Notes: generated by a model not told the origin, from the letters alone. DNA of 64,000 nt from Bacteroidaceae bacterium (GCA_900768625.1 CAAGDO010000304.1:617-64616); one strand, 5' to 3'. Positions 10,474 through 23,087 are shown, counted from the stretch's first letter. Numbers and translations are program-made.

Positions 10474-10811
10474 TGCGGGGATGGTGTTGTTGTGATTGTA
10501 ATGCCATTTGAAGTGATTCCCTTGACAGGAACAAGACCTGACCATGGGAGCGTGTGCTGCGAAACGGCTTGTAGAGGAGATGGTAACGGAGACTTTGCGT
10601 GATGGGCCTTAAATGCCATAGGACTAGTTTCGAAACTTCTCTGGTTACGTTGGCAAAATTACTCAAAAAAAAGGAGTCTGCATTATTTTATCATGAAAAC
10701 TATGTTTCATTTGAAAAGAAAATTGTAATTTCGCACCGTAATGGTCGGGGTCGCAGATTGCGGCCTCTATCATGCATTTAAGCTAAAATCAGATTAAAAC
10801 AACCCAATAAA

Positions 10812-11213
10812 ATGGACATTACTGGAAAGATTATTGTAGCTACGGAACCCCGTGGCGGCGTATCACAGCGTACGGGAAGTGCATGGAAATCTCAGGATTT
10901 CGTGATTGAAACTCATGAGCAGTATCCCAAGCGTTGCGTATTCTCTGTGTTTGGTGAGGATCGTCTTCGCGAGTTCAACCTTCAGGTGGGCGATGAAGTG
11001 ACCGTATCGTTTGATATCGACGCACATGAGTACAATGGACGTTGGTTCAACAATCTGCGTGCATGGCGCGTGGTAAGAGTGGATCCCAATGCCCCTCAAC
11101 CTATGGACGTGGCTGCACCTGCAGCAGTTCCTGCTCCTGGTGTGGCTCCCGCTCCTGTCGCTCCTGCAACAACGGCAGAGTCAAACGCTACGGCGGATGA
11201 TCTTCCTTTCTAA
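10812..11213 (+). CDS. DUF3127 family protein (OB-fold, SSB-like acidic tail)
   Basis: ITGKII...WKSQDFVIETHEQYPK...FDIDAHEYNGRWFN; ends DDLPF. Confidence 0.85.
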   Translation: MDITGKIIVATEPRGGVSQRTGSAWKSQDFVIETHEQYPKRCVFSVFGEDRLREFNLQVGDEVTVSFDIDAHEYNGRWFNNLRAWRVVRVDPNAPQPMDVAAPAAVPAPGVAPAPVAPATTAESNATADDLPF

Positions 11214-11350
11214 GGGAGAACTTCGCATCTGTGTAGACGGCCATAATGGCTAGATGCGTGGATTAGAAAAAGATTTATTTCATCATACTTCGGCAAATAC
11301 CGTGAAATAATCGGATTGCCGAAGTATTTTGTTTTACCATAAGTTCTCAC

Positions 11351-12043
11351 ATGATAGTTATACGCTTGGTGGTCAAATTCTTCAAGTGGGCCATTATCGC
11401 TTTCTTTGTGTCCACTGTTTTGGCCGTGTTGGTCTATAAGTGGGTGAATGTGCCAGTGACACCGTTGATGTTGGTGCGTAGTGTACAGAATATGTCGCAT
11501 GGAAAGTCTCCTTCTTTTTCCCACAAGTGGGTGGCATTGAAAGATATGTCGCGCTATATGCCAGTCGCTGTTCAAGCTTCGGAAGATCAGAATTTTATGT
11601 ATCATCATGGTTTTGATTTTGGAGCCATAGAGGATGCGGTGAAGGAAAAACAGCGTGGTGGGCGTTCCCGAGGAGCAAGTACGATCAGTCAACAAACCGC
11701 AAAGAATGTATTTCTTTGGCCTTCTTCCACTTGGGTTCGTAAGGGCTTTGAAGCTTATTTCACGGTGCTTATCGAGCTGTTATGGTCGAAACAGAGAATT
11801 ATGGAAGTCTATCTCAACAGTATAGAAATGGGTCCTTCCATCTATGGTGTTGAAGCTGTGGCTGAAAAGCACTTTGGCTGTAAGGCCAAGGAATTGCGAC
11901 GCTCTGATTGTGCCTTAGTGGCAGCGACTCTCCCTAATCCTTTACGTTTCAGTTCGCTTAACCCTTCGCGCTATATGCGCAAACGCCAACAGCAAATCAT
12001 GCATCAAATGAAGTTTATTCCTTTGATGAAGATGGAAGAGTGA
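11351..12043 (+). CDS. mtgA: Monofunctional peptidoglycan transglycosylase
   Basis: SEDQNF..HHGFD, RGASTISQQTAKN, WSKQRIMEVYLNSIE; N-terminal TM helix. Confidence 0.95.
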   Translation: MIVIRLVVKFFKWAIIAFFVSTVLAVLVYKWVNVPVTPLMLVRSVQNMSHGKSPSFSHKWVALKDMSRYMPVAVQASEDQNFMYHHGFDFGAIEDAVKEKQRGGRSRGASTISQQTAKNVFLWPSSTWVRKGFEAYFTVLIELLWSKQRIMEVYLNSIEMGPSIYGVEAVAEKHFGCKAKELRRSDCALVAATLPNPLRFSSLNPSRYMRKRQQQIMHQMKFIPLMKMEE

Positions 12044-12364
12044 AGCTGTAATCTTTTATCTAAGAGCTATAGCAGAACTTTTCTGCCAGTATTGCGCAAA
12101 TTGTCTGCTAGTCTCCTTGGAACCCATAAGTGCCATAAACGAAAAGTTTCCTGATGATTCTTCTATGCTCCCGAATATCGTATGTGGAAATGAATAATGG
12201 TAAAAATAGGTTGGCTCCTTCCTTTCACTTCAGAAAAGAAATTGCTAACTTTGTCTGCTCCTTTCAGCGTTTATCTTCTGTCGTGGCGTTGAAGGGATGC
12301 AATCTGCTTGGTATTCAGGCGGTTAAAGATACACACACTTTACAAACGAAACACACACAACAAG

Positions 12365-12841
12365 ATGAGCAAAGAATGGTTTGAATGCAAGGTAAAATAC
12401 GAGAAGACCATGGAGAATGGCCTGGTGAAGAAAGTGAACGAGCCCTATCTCGTTGACGCACTTAACTTCACGGAAGCTGAGCGTCGTATCATTGAGGAGA
12501 TTACTCCCTTCATGACTGGAGAATTTGAGGTCAGCGACATCAAGCGTGCACGCTATGCTGAACTTTTTGAGGCACCAGGTGATGACAGCGCAGATCGTTT
12601 CTTCCGTGCTAAACTCGTGTTCATTACGCTTGATGAGAAGAGTGGAAAGGAGAAAAAAACATCACAGAATGTGTTGGTTCAAGCTTCAGATCTTCGCGAC
12701 TCAATCAAACGCCTTGATGAAGGTATGAAGGGCTCCATGATGGACTACACTATTGCCAGTGTGACAGAAACCATGATTATGGACGTCTTCCACTACGTGC
12801 AGACCAAACCTGGAGAGGATAAACCCGAATTCGAACAGTAA
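12365..12841 (+). CDS. DUF4494 family protein
   Basis: MSKEWFECKVKYEKTMENG..KKVNEPYLVDALNFTEAE, recognisable Bacteroidetes family. Confidence 0.85.
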   Translation: MSKEWFECKVKYEKTMENGLVKKVNEPYLVDALNFTEAERRIIEEITPFMTGEFEVSDIKRARYAELFEAPGDDSADRFFRAKLVFITLDEKSGKEKKTSQNVLVQASDLRDSIKRLDEGMKGSMMDYTIASVTETMIMDVFHYVQTKPGEDKPEFEQ

Positions 12842-12883
12842 AAAAGCGGTGGGGCTCTCACCAATTTAGCTACTTCAGTAAAT

Positions 12884-12943
12884 CAGGCGGAGGAGCCCTT
12901 TCTGGCAGAGCATGTCAGTTGGGATTCCTCCGCCTGTATTTTT
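12884..12943 (+). terminator. Probable intrinsic terminator
   Basis: CAGGCGGAGGA...TCCTCCGCCTG stem followed by TATTTTT. Confidence 0.6.
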
Positions 12944-12979
12944 CATCCATTTTTGTATACAAAAGAAACACGATTGATT

Positions 12980-13639
12980 ATGCTTCATCTACAATCCGTC
13001 AAATCAACTATCCGCCCCGGCGTTGAACTAGTGGCGGTTTCGAAGTTTCATCCTGCTGAGCTTATCAAGGAAGCCTACGATCAGGGACAACGTATCTTTG
13101 GTGAAAGTCGTGCGCAGGAACTTCAGGCTAAACATGCTGTTTTGCCAGCCGATATAGAATGGCACTTCATAGGCCACCTACAGCCCAACAAGGTGAAATA
13201 CATCGCGCCTTACATCTCATTGATTCATGCGGTGGATAGTATCAAGCTACTTCGCGAGATTGAAAAACAGGCTGCTCGTTGCGATCGGGTTATCTCGTGT
13301 CTGCTTGAGCTTCACATTGCGCAAGAAGCCACCAAATATGGATTGACGATTGAGGAATGTACGGCTCTGCTTGAGGATGGAGAATGGCGTGATTTCAAAC
13401 ATGTGCAGATTGCCGGTCTTATGTGCATGGCATCAAACACCGACAATGAAAAGCAGGTACGAAGCGAATTCCATCAAGCTTATGAGTATTTTCTTCAGGT
13501 GAAGGAACGTTTCTTTGCCGATGATGAGGCTTTTTGCCAGCGTTCTTGGGGCATGTCGCATGACTATACACTTGCCATGGATGAAGGTGCCACTTTGGTA
13601 CGCATTGGTACGGCTATCTTCGGCGAGCGGGAGTATTAG
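12980..13639 (+). CDS. yggS: YggS-family pyridoxal phosphate homeostasis protein
   Basis: LVAVSK, FGESRAQE, WHFIGHLQ.NK, SWGMSHDY, VRIGTAIFGER. Confidence 0.95.
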   Translation: MLHLQSVKSTIRPGVELVAVSKFHPAELIKEAYDQGQRIFGESRAQELQAKHAVLPADIEWHFIGHLQPNKVKYIAPYISLIHAVDSIKLLREIEKQAARCDRVISCLLELHIAQEATKYGLTIEECTALLEDGEWRDFKHVQIAGLMCMASNTDNEKQVRSEFHQAYEYFLQVKERFFADDEAFCQRSWGMSHDYTLAMDEGATLVRIGTAIFGEREY

Positions 13640-13888
13640 TAAAGTGGAATCTTCTTGAAAGAGCATATTTGCTACTGCTCTTTCCTTTGTGAAATCTTGT
13701 ATGTCGCGAGAGAATTTTTCGTTTTAGCGCATTTCTTTTGTCTTTGTTTTCTTCTGATAGAAAGAAAAAAGATTGGCTCGAGTCTGCTTCTTCAGTAGAC
13801 TTAAGCCAATCTTTTTGGTTTGTATAAATAGCAGAGTTCCATTCCCCATTCTCTTCATGGGATATGAAAGAAAATTCCGCTATGGGGA

Positions 13889-14785
13889 TCATTTCATCGT
13901 ACCACCCACAATATCGAGCAATTCAGCGGTGATGGCCTGCTGACGAGTCTTGTTGTAAGTGAGCGTGAGTTCGCGGAGCAATTCATCAGCGTTGTCGGTA
14001 GCAACTTGCATGGCTACCACGCGGGCTGCATGTTCGCTGGCCAAACTGTCGAGCAAAGCGGCAAACACTTTCAGATGAAGCGATTTGGGAATCAGTTTCT
14101 CCACAACTTCCTCCTTCGATGGTTCGACGATGAAGTCAAGGGCTATCTTTCCACGTTTGTCTTTAGCGGATGCTGTCGTCTCAGACGAGGAGCTTGCATG
14201 AATGTCGACAGGTAGGAAAGTCTCGGTCGTGAGCAATTGCGAACCTGCACTTTTGAAGTGATGGTAGATGAGGTCGGCATGGTCGATCTCTCCTTCTTCA
14301 AAAAGTTTCATCACTTCCGCTGCAATGGATGAAGCTGCATCGTAGGACGGATGGTCGAGCTGGGCCGTGAGGTCAGGAAGGGATGTGAATCCCATCTTTT
14401 GTACAGCATCGAATGCTTTCTTTCCAAAGGGATAAACTCGTACGACTTCCACCCCCTGCTTGCGATAATCTTCCACCTTGTGGGCGAATGCTTTCACCAC
14501 ATTGGAGTTGAAAGCACCACAGAGCGAGGTGTTCGATGTGAAGAGGAGAATGGCCACCCGTTTCACTTCACGTTGTGCGGCATACGGTGTTGGCACATCG
14601 TTTTCCATCGATCCAACGAAAGTCGACATGATGCGGCTCAGTTGCCGCTCGTAAGGGCGCATGCGCTCGATGGCCTGCTGAGCACGGTGCAGTTTCGAGG
14701 AAGCCACCATTTTCATGGCACTTGTGATTTTGCGGGTGCTGTTGACCGATGCAATTCGTGTTTTTACTTCCTTGAGTGAGGCCAT
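13889..14785 (-). CDS. atpG: ATP synthase F1 gamma subunit
   Basis: KITSAMKMVASSK; SEHAAR..AM..ATDNA; RQQAITAEL. Confidence 0.97.
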   Translation of the reverse strand: MASLKEVKTRIASVNSTRKITSAMKMVASSKLHRAQQAIERMRPYERQLSRIMSTFVGSMENDVPTPYAAQREVKRVAILLFTSNTSLCGAFNSNVVKAFAHKVEDYRKQGVEVVRVYPFGKKAFDAVQKMGFTSLPDLTAQLDHPSYDAASSIAAEVMKLFEEGEIDHADLIYHHFKSAGSQLLTTETFLPVDIHASSSSETTASAKDKRGKIALDFIVEPSKEEVVEKLIPKSLHLKVFAALLDSLASEHAARVVAMQVATDNADELLRELTLTYNKTRQQAITAELLDIVGGTMK

Positions 14786-14790
14786 AAGCG

Positions 14791-16374
14791 TTAGTTTTTA
14801 AATTGCTCTGCCACGTCGGCGGCAGTGGATTCGATGACGGCAGTGATTTCTTCCGTGAATTTTCCCTCGTGGAGTTGAGCGAGCGTGTCGGCATGCTGGG
14901 CATGCATCACCTGAAGGAATTGTTCCTGGAAATCGCGTACGCTGTCAAGTGCAACATCCTTGAGCAAACCGTGGGTGCCACAATAGAGAATGGCTACCTG
15001 ATCTTCAACGGCCATGGGCGAATACTGGGGCTGGATGAGCAACTGGTTGTTCTTGCGTCCACGGTCGATGGTCATTGCTGTCACAGGGTCCATGTCGCTT
15101 GAGAACTTGGAGAATGCCTCAAGTTCACGATACTGTGCTTGGTCAATTTTCAGCGTACCAGCCACCTTCTTCATACACTTGATCTGAGCGGAACCACCCA
15201 CACGGCTCACCGAGATACCCACGTCGATAGCGGGGCGGAAACCTTGGTTGAAGAGGTTCGTGTCGAGGTAAATCTGTCCGTCAGTGATGGAAATGACGTT
15301 GGTCGGGATATAAGCTGAAACGTCACCTGCCTGCGTTTCAATGATAGGCAGAGCGGTGAGTGAACCACCACCTTTCACTTCGCCTTTGAGGCAAGCGGGG
15401 AGGTCGTTCATCTTTTCAGCCACTTCCTGCTGGTTGTTGATTTTTGCAGCACGTTCAAGCAGACGTGAGTGAAGGTAGAATACATCGCCAGGATATGCCT
15501 CACGTCCTGAAGGACGGCGGAGAATGAGCGATACTTCACGGTATGCCACAGCCTGCTTTGAAAGGTCATCGTAGACAACAAGGGCGTGCTTGCCTCTGTC
15601 GCGGAAGAACTCGCCGATAGCAGCACCTGCAAACGGTGCATAGTACTGCATGGCAGCAGGTTCTGCAGCGGTTGCGCTTACCACAATGGTGTAGGGCATG
15701 GCACCTGCTTCTTTGAGCGTGTTAACGATGTTGGCCACGGTCGATGCCTTTTGACCGATGGCAACGTAGATACAGTAGACGGGGTCACCTGCTTCGTAGT
15801 TGCCTTTCTGATTGATGATGGTGTCAATGGCGATGGCCGTTTTTCCTGTTTGGCGGTCACCGATGATGAGTTCGCGCTGACCACGTCCGATAGGAATCAT
15901 GGAGTCAACACTCTTGAGACCGGTTTGCAGTGATTGCGTAACGGGCTGGCGGTAAATCACACCAGGCGCCTTACGGTCGAGCGGCATGACATATTTCTTG
16001 CCATCGATGGGCTGGCCGCCATCGAGCGGTTCGCCCAGAGGATTAATTACTCGACCAAGCATCTGCTCGTTCACTTCGATGGAGGCTACACGACCTGTGC
16101 GCTTTACGCTCTGGCCTTCTTTGATGCCTTCAGAGGGACCGAGAAGCACAGCACCTACATTGTCCTCCTCGAGGTTCATGGCCACGGCCATCACGCCGTT
16201 TTCGAATTCGATGAGCTCGTTTTCGGTCACGTTGTTCAACCCGTAGATACGAGCCACACCGTCACCGATGGTGAGTACAAGGCCGACTTCCTCAAACTTG
16301 ACGTCCGTGTCGATGTCGTGAAGTTCGCGCAGGAGCACGTCACTGACTTCACTGGGTTTGATATTGTTGGACAT
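14791..16374 (-). CDS. atpA: ATP synthase F1 alpha subunit
   Basis: [45 protein letters not shown]. Confidence 0.98.
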   Translation of the reverse strand: MSNNIKPSEVSDVLLRELHDIDTDVKFEEVGLVLTIGDGVARIYGLNNVTENELIEFENGVMAVAMNLEEDNVGAVLLGPSEGIKEGQSVKRTGRVASIEVNEQMLGRVINPLGEPLDGGQPIDGKKYVMPLDRKAPGVIYRQPVTQSLQTGLKSVDSMIPIGRGQRELIIGDRQTGKTAIAIDTIINQKGNYEAGDPVYCIYVAIGQKASTVANIVNTLKEAGAMPYTIVVSATAAEPAAMQYYAPFAGAAIGEFFRDRGKHALVVYDDLSKQAVAYREVSLILRRPSGREAYPGDVFYLHSRLLERAAKINNQQEVAEKMNDLPACLKGEVKGGGSLTALPIIETQAGDVSAYIPTNVISITDGQIYLDTNLFNQGFRPAIDVGISVSRVGGSAQIKCMKKVAGTLKIDQAQYRELEAFSKFSSDMDPVTAMTIDRGRKNNQLLIQPQYSPMAVEDQVAILYCGTHGLLKDVALDSVRDFQEQFLQVMHAQHADTLAQLHEGKFTEEITAVIESTAADVAEQFKN

Positions 16375-16489
16375 TTCGATTATCTTAATTAGAAAAGGTG
16401 GGCAGTAGCTTTAAGTTTTCATGACCTCTTCATGACTGTTGCAATATGGGGAGAAGGGGCATGTAGACTTCAGTTCTAGCCACGGTGCG

Positions 16490-17032
16490 CTATTTTGCCA
16501 ATTGGCGCTTGAGTTTGCTGATTTGCGTGCGTAGGCTGGCGTCAAGGCGGTAAGTGCCATATTCAAGGATGAATCCACCCTCGATTTCGGGGTTTACCTC
16601 CATTTCAAATTGGATGTTGCCGTTCGTTTTTCCTTCCACCATTTTTCGTAGACGGGCAATCACTTCATCGTCAACCTGGGTGGATACCACAAGGCGAGCG
16701 TTGATGATGTGTTTTGTCTGTCGATAGATAGAGCAGAAGGAATGTGCCACGAACTGCATCACGTCGGCGCGTCCCTTGCGTACCACCAACTGCAGGAACA
16801 GAGTGGTGGCGGCGGATGCTTCAGCCTTTCCGCAGGCGGCAATCGTGAGGAGTCTCACTTTTTCTGCCGAACCTGCCACGGGGTTAAGCAAGGCGCTTTG
16901 CAGTGCCGGAACTCGGGCGAAGGATGTTGCCAAAGTCTGCATTTCAGTGTAGACTTGACTTTCCTGTCGCTGCTCTTCTGCAAATCGCAGAAGGGCTTTG
17001 GCGTAGCGCATGGAGATTATGCCTAAATCCAT
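16490..17032 (-). CDS. atpH: ATP synthase delta subunit
   Basis: RYAKAL N-terminus; VNPEIEGGFIL...LDASL C-terminus; operon position. Confidence 0.93.
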   Translation of the reverse strand: MDLGIISMRYAKALLRFAEEQRQESQVYTEMQTLATSFARVPALQSALLNPVAGSAEKVRLLTIAACGKAEASAATTLFLQLVVRKGRADVMQFVAHSFCSIYRQTKHIINARLVVSTQVDDEVIARLRKMVEGKTNGNIQFEMEVNPEIEGGFILEYGTYRLDASLRTQISKLKRQLAK

Positions 17033-17069
17033 AATGATTCGTTGGTTATTTCAGAGTGGGGAGAGGCTT

Positions 17070-17582
17070 TCATTTCATGCTGTCGAGCATGCGTTCAATG
17101 AGTTGCTGCTGTTCTGTGTTGTCAGAAAGCTTTTGGCGCATCACCTTTTCAGCAATGCCAACCGAAAGAGTAGCAACTGTCTGACGGATGTCGCGCAAGG
17201 CGTTCTCCTTCTCCACTGCAATCTGGGCTTTGGCGTCCTCCAGCAGTTTGGCACCTTCAGCTTCGGCCTTCTTGCGTGCCTCTGCAACGATGCTGTCGCC
17301 AGTTTCCTTGGCCTGCTTGAGAATTTCGGCCTGACGCTGGCGAGCTTCGGCCAACAGCTGTTCGCCTTCTTTCTGGATACCGGCAAGGCGCTGGTTTGCT
17401 TCATGTGCCTTCTGAAGTGATTCGTCGATGTAGTTCTTGCGTTCCTCCACCATTTGGATGATGATGGGGAAACCGAATTTCTTCATCAGCAGAAACACGA
17501 TGAGAAAAGCCAAAAGCATCCAGAAGAGCAGACCGAGGTCGGGGGTCAATATGGATGGCAGATTGATTGATTGCATATGCAA
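17070..17582 (-). CDS. atpF: ATP synthase Fo b subunit
   Basis: N-terminal TM (GLLFWMLLAF), KFGFPII..MVEER, long charged coiled coil. Confidence 0.93.
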   Translation of the reverse strand: MHMQSINLPSILTPDLGLLFWMLLAFLIVFLLMKKFGFPIIIQMVEERKNYIDESLQKAHEANQRLAGIQKEGEQLLAEARQRQAEILKQAKETGDSIVAEARKKAEAEGAKLLEDAKAQIAVEKENALRDIRQTVATLSVGIAEKVMRQKLSDNTEQQQLIERMLDSMK

Positions 17583-17732
17583 TGTGGGTTGAATGGGTTT
17601 CTCGTATGGTTTGTCGCACGATAGTCCTTCAGCTATTCCCGTCTTCGTCCACTAGAAAAAGGCGCGGACGGAAGACGGGAGGCTTTGTGAGTGAAGGAGA
17701 CGTCCCTTCAGTGAGGGAGTCGTGCTGCTTGA

Positions 17733-17978
17733 TCAGAGGAAGAGGCAGAGCAGGCAGACAACCACAGCGAAGAGGGCTACACCTTCCACGAGGGCTGCCA
17801 CAATGATCATGTTCGTACGGATGTCACCAGTAGACTCGGGCTGACGAGCGATGGCTTCCATAGCTGCGCTACCGATACGACCGATACCAATGCCTGCACC
17901 GATGGCTGCGACAGCAGCACCAAGGCTAACACCTAACTTTGCGATTCCTGCGGCTTCTAACAATGCGAGTAATAACAT
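17733..17978 (-). CDS. atpE: ATP synthase Fo c subunit
   Basis: GAGIGIG, ARQPE loop, ALVEG carboxylate. Confidence 0.96.
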   Translation of the reverse strand: MLLLALLEAAGIAKLGVSLGAAVAAIGAGIGIGRIGSAAMEAIARQPESTGDIRTNMIIVAALVEGVALFAVVVCLLCLFL

Positions 17979-18031
17979 AATTCGAGTTTTTTATTGGGTT
18001 TGTAATTGATTTTTTGTTGTTCCAGACTTTT

Positions 18032-19114
18032 TTACTCGTGCTCCGGGTGAGCCAATCCGATGAACACCGCGCTCAACATGGTGAATACATAAGCTTGGAT
18101 GAAGGCTACAAGGAGTTCGAGGCAGTTCATGAAGATCATCATTACGAAACTGACAATCGTCAAGGGGGTTCCGATTGCTGCACCAAATTGGAAAGTGATG
18201 AAGATGATGCAGGTCAAGGAGAGAATCATAGCGTGTCCGCCCATGATGTTGGCGAACAGACGGACCATCAAGGCAAACGGCTTGGTGAAGATACCGAAGA
18301 GTTCAATCACCGGCATCATGGGGATTGGCACCTTGAGCCAAGTGGGCACAGGAGGCCAAAGGATTTCCTTCCAATATTCCTTGTTGCCAAAGAGGTTTAC
18401 CATCAGCATGGTGCAGAGAGCGAGAAACATCGTGATGTTGATGTTGCCCGTGATGTTTGCACCACCGGGGAAAATGGGAATGAGTCCGAGAAGGTTGGTG
18501 ATGAAGATGAAGAAGAACGCCGTGAGCAGATAGGGGGCATAGCGACGGTAGTGCTTTTCACCTACAGAGGGACGGATGAGGTCGTTGTTGATCGACATGA
18601 CGAACATCTCGACCAGTCCAACGAATCCCTTCGGTGCCTTGCTCGACGCATCCTTGTGGCGATACCAGCGGGCTGAACCGATGAAGATGACGCACATGAG
18701 TGCCACCACAATCCAAATCTGCGTCACATTTTTTGTGATGCTTAGGTCGATGGGGCGTACGTCAGTGCCATTAGCGCAGTGCTCATAGATCTTTCCGTTC
18801 TGCTCTTCATTGACATAGAAGCCTTCGTAGGAGCCGTCAGGACTTTCGTGGAAACGGGCCGAACTGAACACATGCCATCCGCTTGTTTCGCCTTTCACAA
18901 TCACAGGCAGAGGGATGGAAACGTGGTGGCCGTTCCAAGTGAGGATGTGCCATTCATAGGCATCGCTCATATGGCCCAGCACGATTTCCTTCACGTCCGG
19001 TTTTCCGCCATTGCTTTCTGAAGCCTCAGCCGAAGTGGGCATGAGGAAGAAAGCCGTGAGCGCGAGGATGAGAAGGAACATCCGTTTGCGTAAGGGGTTA
19101 AATAAGTGATTCAT
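18032..19114 (-). CDS. atpB: ATP synthase Fo a subunit (Bacteroidetes type with N-terminal extension)
   Basis: Likely start MNHLFNP at 19114; NLLGLIP, KPFALMVRLFANI..GH, LELLVAFIQAYVFTML. Confidence 0.95.
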   Translation of the reverse strand: MNHLFNPLRKRMFLLILALTAFFLMPTSAEASESNGGKPDVKEIVLGHMSDAYEWHILTWNGHHVSIPLPVIVKGETSGWHVFSSARFHESPDGSYEGFYVNEEQNGKIYEHCANGTDVRPIDLSITKNVTQIWIVVALMCVIFIGSARWYRHKDASSKAPKGFVGLVEMFVMSINNDLIRPSVGEKHYRRYAPYLLTAFFFIFITNLLGLIPIFPGGANITGNINITMFLALCTMLMVNLFGNKEYWKEILWPPVPTWLKVPIPMMPVIELFGIFTKPFALMVRLFANIMGGHAMILSLTCIIFITFQFGAAIGTPLTIVSFVMMIFMNCLELLVAFIQAYVFTMLSAVFIGLAHPEHE

Positions 19115-19530
19115 TGCATTTTTTTGAGTTTTCGCTCGACAGAAGCGTACAATAGGGATGAATTCACCAGAAAAACCACATAGAGCGCCATAACATTGAG
19201 CGCGAAGAGCGCCACATGGCCGTCGGTGGCTGCTACGCCGTAGACTGCTATGCTGCCCAATGCCAACAGCATGCTGAGACATTTGCTTGTCAGATAGTAT
19301 GCGATGATCGACTTTCCTCCATTGGAGGCAATTCGGCTGTAGATGCTGAATGAACCAGCTGCAAATGCCACAAAAAGCGTCCCCATCAGGGTGATGGGCA
19401 TGGCTTGGCTTGCTGCGGCAACAGTTCCGGAAATGTGGAACTCAGCCAAATAGAGGAGTGGGCTTACTGCCAACGTAGCTACCATCTGAAAAATGAGATG
19501 GAGCATGGAGCAACGTTTGATGGTTTTCAT
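19111..19530 (-). CDS. Four-TM membrane protein, AtpI-like accessory
   Basis: Hydrophobic 139-aa ORF between atpC and atpB, overlapping the atpB start by 4 nt. Confidence 0.65.
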   Translation of the reverse strand: MKTIKRCSMLHLIFQMVATLAVSPLLYLAEFHISGTVAAASQAMPITLMGTLFVAFAAGSFSIYSRIASNGGKSIIAYYLTSKCLSMLLALGSIAVYGVAATDGHVALFALNVMALYVVFLVNSSLLYASVERKLKKMQ

Positions 19531-19577
19531 CTGTGGAAGTTTCAGGGTGATGGGGTGAATTGTGTTGTCGGCCGGGC

Positions 19578-19814
19578 TTAGAGGGTTTCAACGCAAATCG
19601 TCACTTCGTTGAGAGCCACCTCAACGAATCCGCCGCTCACTTTCACCCCGAAGGGTTGGCTTCCCTCACATACCACTTCACCCTCAGTGAGGGTGGAGAT
19701 GATGGGAGCGTGGCCTTTGAGCACTTCGAAACGGCCCATTTCGCCGGGGAGCTTCACTCCGTCGGCCTCGCCTTCGAAAAGCGTTTTCTCGGGTGACACA
19801 ATTGTTACTTTCAT
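19578..19814 (-). CDS. atpC: ATP synthase epsilon subunit (short, beta-sandwich only)
   Basis: IVSPEKTLFEG...LPG..G.FEVL.GHAPIISTL...GGFVEV. Confidence 0.93.
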   Translation of the reverse strand: MKVTIVSPEKTLFEGEADGVKLPGEMGRFEVLKGHAPIISTLTEGEVVCEGSQPFGVKVSGGFVEVALNEVTICVETL

Positions 19815-19916
19815 ATAATGTGTGTGGGTGAGGAGAAAAAATAGAGAGGGTTGGGGGTATGTGACACATTCACGCGCTCCACCTCCGCTCCCTCGTAGGA
19901 GGGGGGAGGAAGGGCG

Positions 19917-21533
<1,617 letters not shown>

Positions 21534-21609
21534 TCATTTTTCAAGGAGTCAGCAGTGAACTTCGGGTGTTTGTTAGGGTGTTTGACCACCCCGTTTCTGA
21601 AATCGTTGG

Positions 21610-21617
21610 CAAAGGTA
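21610..21617 (-). promoter_or_regulatory. Bacteroidetes -7 promoter box upstream of the atp operon
   Basis: TACCTTTG on the minus strand, matching TAnnTTTG. Confidence 0.6.
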
Positions 21618-21868
21618 ATGTTTTTGCCCAATTAGACGGCCTTTTTGATATGATTTTTTTTATAAATCTGTTTCTTCGCGTTAATAATCTGACAATCCGT
21701 ATAGTTTTGGTGCGAAAACGGATAAATTGCAGCTTTCATGGTGAAAAGTGTGTGTGGAAGTGCATTCTCGAGTGAGATGCGTTTTGCTGATAAATCCTGA
21801 TTATTGTTGTGTTTTCGGCTAAAGGAATAAGCGTATCACATGAACCATTTGAGAGGGGATTTGGATAT

Positions 21869-21903
21869 AAAAAAGGACACCACATAAAATGTGGTGTCCT
21901 TTT
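21869..21903 (-). terminator. Intrinsic terminator after tRNA-Thr
   Basis: GGACACCACAT/ATGTGGTGTCC perfect stem with A/T runs on both sides. Confidence 0.8.
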
Positions 21904-21904
21904 G

Positions 21905-21977
21905 AGCCGAAAGCGGGACTCGAACCCGCGACCTATTCATTACGAATGAATTGCTCTACCAACTGAGCTATTTCGGC
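21905..21977 (-). tRNA. tRNA-Thr(CGT)
   Basis: GCCGAAATAGCTCAGTTGGTAGAGC...ATTCA TTCGTAA TGAAT...GGTTCGAGTCCC; cloverleaf with anticodon CGT. Confidence 0.95.
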
Positions 21978-21999
21978 GAACGCTTGGCGTTGTTTCTTG

Positions 22000-22017
22000 T
22001 TTGCGAGTGCAAAGGTA
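22000..22017 (-). promoter_or_regulatory. tRNA-Thr promoter (-7 box and start region)
   Basis: TACCTTTGCACTCGCAAA on the minus strand, identical to the 18-mer upstream of tRNA-Asp (23485-23502). Confidence 0.7.
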
Positions 22018-22122
22018 GAACCTTTTTTCGGAATCACCAAATGTTTTGCGGATTTTTTAGTGATAAATGTGAAAAAAACGTGGATTCTTTGGTTTGTGGG
22101 CCTCTGTTAGGGGATGTGGTTG

Positions 22123-22704
22123 TCAGGGAATATGGATCATCTTGTGTGTTTGGAGGGATAAACGCCATTTGGGGTGCTTTAGGCAATAAGCGATTGTTTC
22201 CTGCAAGTTGCGGTTGTTGATTTCCGTGTTGCCTGTGTCGCAAGGTTGGAGAAAATGGTGCTTGGCGCTAATTTGGGGATAGGTGTGTGGTGGTTGGCCG
22301 TTGTAAACAATCTTGATCTCGTCGACCTTTGTGAGGATGGGTTTCGAGGAAGAAGTGTTGAGGTAGGCGTCTTTGGGTGACAGGGTGATCCAGTCGGTAT
22401 TGGAGGGTAGGGGGTGTGTTCCGTTGGTTTCTACGGCTACGAATTTTCCGACATGGTGGAGTTTTTCAATCAAGCTACCGGTGAGCTGCAGTGATGGTTC
22501 TCCTCCTGTGATGACTACATGGCAGGCAGGAAAGGAATCTGCCTTCTCTGCAATTTGTTCTTCGCTCATCTCGCAGAATGGTTCATGGCTGGTGTCGCAG
22601 AAAGGGCATCGTAGGTTGCAGCCTGAGAGGCGGATGAAGATGGAGGGGGTTCCGGTGAAGAATCCTTCTCCTTGTAGTGAATAAAAAATTTCGTTGACCC
22701 TCAT
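22123..22704 (-). CDS. queE: 7-carboxy-7-deazaguanine synthase (radical SAM)
   Basis: NEIFYSLQGEG, FIRLSGCNLRCPFCDT, VITGGEP, VETNGT, WRLSLQTHK. Confidence 0.93.
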   Translation of the reverse strand: MRVNEIFYSLQGEGFFTGTPSIFIRLSGCNLRCPFCDTSHEPFCEMSEEQIAEKADSFPACHVVITGGEPSLQLTGSLIEKLHHVGKFVAVETNGTHPLPSNTDWITLSPKDAYLNTSSSKPILTKVDEIKIVYNGQPPHTYPQISAKHHFLQPCDTGNTEINNRNLQETIAYCLKHPKWRLSLQTHKMIHIP

Positions 22705-22733
22705 AACTTGATTGGTTTGTGTCGTTGGGAGGC

Positions 22734-23087
22734 TTAGAATGGTGCGTTCTCGAAGCCGGGTTTTACATAAGCTGCAATGTTTCCTTCTGATTCCTGGAAA
22801 GTCACCTTATAGCAGTGGGGAATCTGTTGTGCAATCCAATGGGCAATGTTTTCGGCTGTTGGATTGAAATCCAGAAAGTCGTTGAGGTAACGGTGGTCGA
22901 GCTTTTGCGTGATTTGTTGTTTGACATGGGTGAAGTCAATGACCATGCCGTTGGCGTCGAGTTCTTCTGAGCAGCAGTATATGGTGATGATACCATTGTG
23001 GCCGTGGAGGTTCTGGCATTTGCTCTCGTAGTTGAGGTGTAGCTGGTGGGCGAAGGCAACTTCTATGCGTTTGGATATGTAATACAT
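22734..23087 (-). CDS. queD: 6-carboxytetrahydropterin synthase
   Basis: Start MYYISKR at 23087 (the ORF-track extension overlaps tRNA-Cys); AH.L, KCQNLHGHN, IDF, LDH, PTAENIA. Confidence 0.92.
   Translation of the reverse strand: MYYISKRIEVAFAHQLHLNYESKCQNLHGHNGIITIYCCSEELDANGMVIDFTHVKQQITQKLDHRYLNDFLDFNPTAENIAHWIAQQIPHCYKVTFQESEGNIAAYVKPGFENAPF

Noticed and set aside
22123..23087. queE/queD as part of a 7-deazaguanine DNA-modification (dpd) island
   Set aside because: No dpdA/tgt-like or other dpd genes nearby; the context is tRNA and housekeeping genes.
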